From assembly GCA_964549305.1 (NCBI GenBank), contig CAZJVM010000066.1, positions 1 through 12,990 of the forward strand: a stretch of DNA of 12,990 bases, in the 5' to 3' direction. The stretch comes from an uncultured bacterium (GTDB lineage Bacteria > Schekmanbacteria > GWA2-38-11 > J061). This document shows, one piece after another, positions 8,278 through 12,990 of this stretch. A model generated the notes under the pieces. It was given only the letters and a program-made list of their open reading frames with translations, searched no databases and had not been told where the DNA came from. The position numbers and the translations under genes are program-made. Numbering within the stretch: the first letter of the stretch is position 1; each line of letters starts with the position of its first letter.

Positions 8278-10227
8278 TTAATTTATAACGGCTTTCAGCT
8301 TCTTCATCTCGGGAATTATTTCAGCCAATCCGAGCGTTTCGAGATTATCTTCCTTCTGTAATCCCGAAACGCTGTCCCATCCCCTGAGATTGTAATAATC
8401 GGTCATCATTTCATCAAACTCTTCCCTGTTCACAACACTTCCTTTTCTCGACACAAGGTTGCCGGAATTTCCGGGAAGCATAAATTCCGGATTGAACATT
8501 CCGAAAAATCCCGGAGACTCTTCAAAGGTTTCACTGTAATTGAATTCATTGAGAATATCATCCTCTCTGCCTCTTCGCCCTTCCCTGCACTGAATAGCCC
8601 GTTGAAGATTGAATGTTCTCTCACCGCTCAGATAGTATTTCGCCTCGTCGAAATTCTCGCCCGTAACCGCTGAAAGGAGGCGGCTTTCCAGGCAAGGGTC
8701 GCCGACCATATCCCCGGCGCCTTCGGCTACGGTAAGAGGAAAAAGGAAATCACAGACAACGAGATTTTCCTTTGCGTATTCTCTGTCCTGAATAATGCGT
8801 GCAACATCTGCCTTGCCCCGGAAGGAAGAGAAATCTACGGCATTTTCGCTTCCCCAGAATTTTTTTGCAACTTTCCGCATTACTTCCGTACTCACGGGGG
8901 ACATAGCTCCATTCGTGGCATACCACATAACCCACTTCATCATAGGCATACATATTTCGTGAAGCTGATTTATAATGCTCGTTGTTTCCGTTGCGTAAAA
9001 AACCGAGTTTGTAAGGAAAAATCTCGGATTGTAAAAGTTTGCATCCCTTCCGTTGGGCGTAAGGAAGCTTTCGATTATACCTGTGCAGGAATCCCCTATT
9101 TGCTTACCCGTCCTTACTGTGCCTTCCGCAAGCAAATCGCCCAACCCTTTGCGATTTATAATAATATCAACAAGATTTTCTATGAATTCAAGGCTTCCGA
9201 TTTCAGATAGCGGAATTCCGGTGTCTTTATCGTTCAAAATTCCTCTTTCACCGCACTTGTACAGAAAGCTGAGAATGCTTCCCATTTCGTGCGTATCGAG
9301 CCCGTTTCTGTTGCAAAGGGAAGTCGCTATGAATGTATTGGGAGTGGATTCACCCTTGTTATATTTCTGGTCCCACAAAAAATACATAAATGCCGACTGG
9401 CAGTTTTTTCTGTATTCCTCTCTGCCGGAAACATGTTTCAATATTCCTCTCGGACAACCTGCGGGACAGGCAGGACAAGGGGTCTTTTTTACTAGTTCGG
9501 TCCCCGCAGTCTCAAGTCCTATAAGCTCTCTGCCCTTTATGAGAGAACGGATGTACGCGTTTGTCTCCTTGAGTTCGTCGGGTTTCGCCACAAGCGGTTT
9601 CCCGCTCCCCTCTACGACTATCGCCTTAAGGTTTTTTGCCCCCATTACAGCGCCGAATCCCGCGCCCGCGCAGGCGCCTCTGTCACTCATAATTATGGAA
9701 AATCTGATCTTCCTTTCTCCCGCGGGACCTATGCAAAGCGCCTGTGAATTAACACCATGACTTTTCGCCAGAGCATCGAGAGTGTCATCGGTTTTTCTTC
9801 CCCACAATGCGCCGGCATCCTCAAATCTGATTTTGTCATCTTTGATATGTATATAGGAAGGTCTCTCCGATTTTCCCGTAATCACTATCCCGTCATATCC
9901 TGCCGATTTAAGTGAAATAGCGAAACTGCCTCCCACATTACCGTATGAAAACTGGTCCGGATATAAAAGCGGCGATTTGCCTCCAATCACCCATCTCGAA
10001 CCCGCGACAGCAGAAGTCCCTGCGAGAGGACCCGTCATAAGAATAAGAGGACTGTCGCGGTGAAGGGCATCCTTTCCCCTATCTGAATAATCCCAGTAAA
10101 TTTTTGAAAGGATTCCCCTGCCTCCCACGAATTTATCACAGTACTTATCAGTGGGGATTGTCTGAATATCTCCCGAGGAAAGATCAAGGGCTAAAATCCT
10201 GCCGCACCATCCGAAATATTTATCCAT
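8278..10227 (-). CDS. Aldehyde:ferredoxin oxidoreductase (AOR/WOR) family W/Mo-bis-pterin, [4Fe-4S] enzyme
   Basis: 649 aa. GWCGRILALDLSSG, VGGRG, TGPLAG, KSP, LKSAGYDGIVITGKS, LWG, CIGPAGE, GAVMGAKNLKAI, CPACPAGC plus late VVCDF (4Fe-4S ligands), CNRNGLD, RKGLGDLLAEG, GER, YYNLRGWD..G. Confidence 0.93.
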   Translation of the reverse strand: MDKYFGWCGRILALDLSSGDIQTIPTDKYCDKFVGGRGILSKIYWDYSDRGKDALHRDSPLILMTGPLAGTSAVAGSRWVIGGKSPLLYPDQFSYGNVGGSFAISLKSAGYDGIVITGKSERPSYIHIKDDKIRFEDAGALWGRKTDDTLDALAKSHGVNSQALCIGPAGERKIRFSIIMSDRGACAGAGFGAVMGAKNLKAIVVEGSGKPLVAKPDELKETNAYIRSLIKGRELIGLETAGTELVKKTPCPACPAGCPRGILKHVSGREEYRKNCQSAFMYFLWDQKYNKGESTPNTFIATSLCNRNGLDTHEMGSILSFLYKCGERGILNDKDTGIPLSEIGSLEFIENLVDIIINRKGLGDLLAEGTVRTGKQIGDSCTGIIESFLTPNGRDANFYNPRFFLTNSVFYATETTSIINQLHEICMPMMKWVMWYATNGAMSPVSTEVMRKVAKKFWGSENAVDFSSFRGKADVARIIQDREYAKENLVVCDFLFPLTVAEGAGDMVGDPCLESRLLSAVTGENFDEAKYYLSGERTFNLQRAIQCREGRRGREDDILNEFNYSETFEESPGFFGMFNPEFMLPGNSGNLVSRKGSVVNREEFDEMMTDYYNLRGWDSVSGLQKEDNLETLGLAEIIPEMKKLKAVIN

Positions 10228-10266
10228 TTCTCATCAACCTCGCACAATATAAAGGAGTTTGCTATT

Positions 10267-11238
10267 TCAGTAATGCACCGTTGGCGGCATTCCCATAAGG
10301 CGTATCGCTCCAAAGGGATGATTTCTCGCTCTTGCCATTTTAACGGCGCCGTCCTTCAGGAAAAGATACTCCATCCAATGGGCGCGCATCTCATTCATTC
10401 GAAGTTTATCCTTTCCGCTTTCCTCTTCATCTTTATGCTTCCTGACAATATCCGCGTATGATGACAGAAGGGTTTCCGCTCCTTCCTTCGCGATGCCCAT
10501 AGCCCGGGAAAGGTTGAGCATTTTGAGCTGTATTCCTGCGCCTGCGGAAAGAGGTTTTTCCCATTCTTCCATATTGTATTGCTTTTGAAGGCCCGCACTG
10601 AGCTTTTCGTGGTCATAGCCGTATTTTTCCGCCACAGCTTTCATTTTCTTCCTTACTCCTTCTATGACGTCTTCAGGAGTCGATGCGGGAAAGACATCAA
10701 AGTTCGTATTGATTATATCTTTGCGGGCATCGAGGCGCTCGATATTGAGATGCCCCATGGGAATCTTTGAAGAACGGGGAAATATTTCTACCTGTATAAC
10801 GCGTATATCCACAGGATCGCCTTCCTTTGCCAATCCTCTTTCAATCATAAATTCCGACGGTTTTTTATATTTTATGACTATCTCCGATACAGTCGCTTTC
10901 TCGAAAACACTGCCTCTTGAAACATTCACTTCGTGCCGGTATGAAGATTCGCTTCCCGAATCCTTTTCCTCTGACGGTGTCATATGGGTAAATGTTTTCT
11001 TTTCCCATTTCTCGCCGTTGAATTCCGAAATTACGCTGATAGCGCGGGCTTTGAAGGAGTCCATAAATTTGTCCGCTTGAAAGAGAAGATTGTCAGGCAT
11101 TTTTTTCACCTCTTGCGCCAAAGTTTCCGGTTGCGAGTAAGAAATCCCGAAAGATGCGCACACTAAAACAAAGAGCAACAGCAAAGGCGCTTTATCTAAA
11201 ATATTTTTTTTATTTTCCGCTGTTCTTCCAGTATTCAT
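10267..11238 (-). CDS. Divergent HemF (oxygen-dependent coproporphyrinogen III oxidase)-like protein with N-terminal signal/membrane segment; function unknown
   Basis: Collinear matches to HemF as I recall it: GSVFEKATVS ~ GGVFEQAGVN; EIFPRSSKIPMGHLN ~ VVHPHNPYVPTSHAN; FDVFP ~ FDLTP; SYADIVRKHK ~ AYLPIVERRK; MRAHWMEYLFLKD ~ RRGRYVEFNLVWD; MGMPPTVHY ~ MSMPPLVRW. Start uncertain: TTG 11253, ATG 11250, ATG 11238, or ATG 11100 (has a GAGGTG SD). Confidence 0.75.
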   Translation of the reverse strand: MNTGRTAENKKNILDKAPLLLLFVLVCASFGISYSQPETLAQEVKKMPDNLLFQADKFMDSFKARAISVISEFNGEKWEKKTFTHMTPSEEKDSGSESSYRHEVNVSRGSVFEKATVSEIVIKYKKPSEFMIERGLAKEGDPVDIRVIQVEIFPRSSKIPMGHLNIERLDARKDIINTNFDVFPASTPEDVIEGVRKKMKAVAEKYGYDHEKLSAGLQKQYNMEEWEKPLSAGAGIQLKMLNLSRAMGIAKEGAETLLSSYADIVRKHKDEEESGKDKLRMNEMRAHWMEYLFLKDGAVKMARARNHPFGAIRLMGMPPTVHY

Positions 11239-12691
11239 CCCATTTTTCATCAACTAATTTAAAGGACTCGGGAACCATTTTTTCCAGCTGAACCTTGCTT
11301 ATGAGAGGCCATTGCGCGGGTCCTCCCTCAATTGGAAGCTGTCTTGTGGCATCGATTACAATCTTGCTCGAAATACCTCTCTGCTTCATACTCGGGTCAA
11401 GCCCCATATTAAATGCCTGAGGTATAATCAGACTTGCCGGATGGGGTTGCCATCTCGTGGAAACCGCGTGAAGGACTTCAGTAATATTGGTAACATCCAC
11501 ATCGTCATCTACGACTATTATAATCTTCGACGTCCCCACTCCCAGCGCAATCTGCCCCGCAGTGATACCCATTCCGGGGAACCTCTTGCTGATGCTTAAA
11601 ATAGATATGCCTATAGCTTCCATTGGAGAATATAAATCCGTCATATAGGGAATGACCTGCTTAAGTTTGATATAGTTGCCAACCTGCCACGGCAGCATAT
11701 GGGATGTATAAGTCACTCCCGTGAAATTGTTGAATGTCCAGGGATTCTTTTTATGAGTTATCGCTTTCACATTCATATAATAGGTTTCGTGTTTTTTACC
11801 CATATAGCCGTACATTTCGCCGTAAGGTCCTTCCTCCTCCATCTCCGCGATGACGTCGCCTTCGATAATCATTTCCGCCTCCGCGGGTACCATAAGACTG
11901 CTTGTTTCGCATTTAACGAGTTCTACGGGTTTACCCTTTACACCCCCGGCATACTCTAACTCGTCTTCGCCCATATCTGCCACCTTGGTGCTTGCCATAG
12001 AATAGATTACGGGCTCAACCCCGAGAGCGATTGCCGCGGGAATCGATTTTTGCCCCTGCCTGACCGCTTTCATTATAAACTGCCAACCGTGCTGTCCCGG
12101 TTCGGTATTCATCCCTATCTTGTTTTTTCCCTTTACCTGCAACCTGTAAGTGCCCACATTTCGGCCAAGCTGAGGGTCTTCCATAAAAACCGAACCCGTG
12201 TTTATGTATTGGGCAACATCGCCGGGATTGTTCTTAAACCAGGGAAATTTATAGACATCAACATCATTTTCCTCTATTACAACCTCCTTGCAGGGAGGGT
12301 TGTCTCCGCTGAATTCAACGGGTTTGATTCTCTTCCATTTGCCGTTATTGTCAACGAAACCGATAAGTTTATCCATTACCGCCCTGTACATCGCGCCCGC
12401 GTCATCGGTAACATTTTCCACTCCAAACATCATCGCCGCGGTTTCCCATCCGCAGAATTGGTTGGAAATAACCGGACCTTCCATCAATTCGCCGTTGATT
12501 TTCACTTTTTCAAAAATAAGCGCGGGACAGCGGTCCGCGCCAAGTTTTTCAATCATTCTGTAGACAAAGGCAGTGCCTTCATATTTGTCCTGGTCAATCT
12601 CCGGAATTCTAAGCACCTTGCCTCTTTCCTCAAGAGCGTTTATATATTCCCGCATTGAATCGTAAGGACCCGTAGCTTTTACATTGCTCAT
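11210..12691 (-). CDS. UbiD-family prenylated-FMN-dependent (de)carboxylase
   Basis: SMREYINALEERG, FEKVK, PCKEVVI, RNVGTYRLQ, QHG, AEMIIEG, EGPYGEMYGY, IIIVVDDDVDV, LDPS, KIVIDAT. Start moved from 12811 (ORF track) to ATG 12691 because of a TAAGGAG SD at 12707-12701 and because homology begins there (493 aa). Substrate cannot be assigned. Confidence 0.95.
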   Translation of the reverse strand: MSNVKATGPYDSMREYINALEERGKVLRIPEIDQDKYEGTAFVYRMIEKLGADRCPALIFEKVKINGELMEGPVISNQFCGWETAAMMFGVENVTDDAGAMYRAVMDKLIGFVDNNGKWKRIKPVEFSGDNPPCKEVVIEENDVDVYKFPWFKNNPGDVAQYINTGSVFMEDPQLGRNVGTYRLQVKGKNKIGMNTEPGQHGWQFIMKAVRQGQKSIPAAIALGVEPVIYSMASTKVADMGEDELEYAGGVKGKPVELVKCETSSLMVPAEAEMIIEGDVIAEMEEEGPYGEMYGYMGKKHETYYMNVKAITHKKNPWTFNNFTGVTYTSHMLPWQVGNYIKLKQVIPYMTDLYSPMEAIGISILSISKRFPGMGITAGQIALGVGTSKIIIVVDDDVDVTNITEVLHAVSTRWQPHPASLIIPQAFNMGLDPSMKQRGISSKIVIDATRQLPIEGGPAQWPLISKVQLEKMVPESFKLVDEKWDEYWKNSGK

Positions 12692-12881
12692 AGAAAATAT
12701 CTCCTTAAAATTATGAATGTTGGAACGGTAAAACAAATCTTCCACTTTTGTAAATCTAAAAATCATATATGCAAAGTAAAAAAACATCAAATAACTATGC
12801 GATTTTTTCATTGGATTTAGTAAAAGGATGGTAAAGAATCAAGATATAAAATATTATTTTTGCTTAGAGTTATTATTTTTA

Positions 12882-12911
12882 AATATATTTAAATTATTTT
12901 TTTCAGGTCAA
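12882..12911 (-). promoter_or_regulatory. Candidate sigma70 promoter for the ubiD-like operon
   Basis: Minus strand TTGACC (12911-12906), 18-nt spacer, TATATT (12887-12882), in a very AT-rich intergenic region where chance matches are likely. Confidence 0.4.
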
Positions 12912-12990
12912 TGGGGAAGTTTTTATCCTTATTGAAAAATACAAACGTTTTTTTATTTGACAAATTGATACTCATACTATAAAAAACAGC

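Noticed and set aside
9053-9760. 235-aa plus-strand ORF (likewise 12050-12658, 10664-11080, 7423-7794 and minus-strand 5378-5764)
   Set aside because: All lie antisense within well-supported genes and show no family motifs.
8278-10227. Calling the AOR-family gene bamB (class II benzoyl-CoA reductase)
   Set aside because: It shares the post-cluster Cys but appears to lack the His/Glu-rich BamB segment, and no bamC-I genes are adjacent.
12720-12740. TGGAACG resembling a sigma54 -24 box
   Set aside because: No TTGC -12 element at the required spacing, and it points away from the ubiD-like gene.
12692-12811. 40-aa N-terminal extension of the UbiD ORF in the ORF track
   Set aside because: AT-rich sequence without UbiD similarity. 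A strong TAAGGAG SD precedes ATG 12691, where homology begins.

Overview
Gene-dense bacterial chromosomal window with no mobile element, RNA gene or CRISPR array that I can see. Left, minus strand: an apparent operon aspS - ppiD/SurA-like chaperone - FecR-domain protein (the last is cut by the window edge and missing from the ORF track). A back-to-back sigma70-like promoter pair at about 4480-4600 also points into a plus-strand pair: a cofactor-independent phosphoglycerate mutase (iPGM/GpmI) homologue followed by a 7-repeat TPR lipoprotein. The iPGM homologue is circularly permuted: the canonical C-terminal ~300 aa come first, and the DGWG/GNSEVGH part comes last. Right, minus strand: a tightly packed cluster of a UbiD-family prFMN (de)carboxylase, a divergent HemF (coproporphyrinogen III oxidase)-like protein with a signal-like N-terminus and altered active site, a Cys-type W/Mo aldehyde:ferredoxin oxidoreductase family enzyme, and a di-haem cytochrome c peroxidase. 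The two strongest leads are the permuted iPGM and the UbiD-HemF-like-AOR-Ccp cluster. All family calls come from motifs compared by eye against remembered consensus sequences; no search was run.
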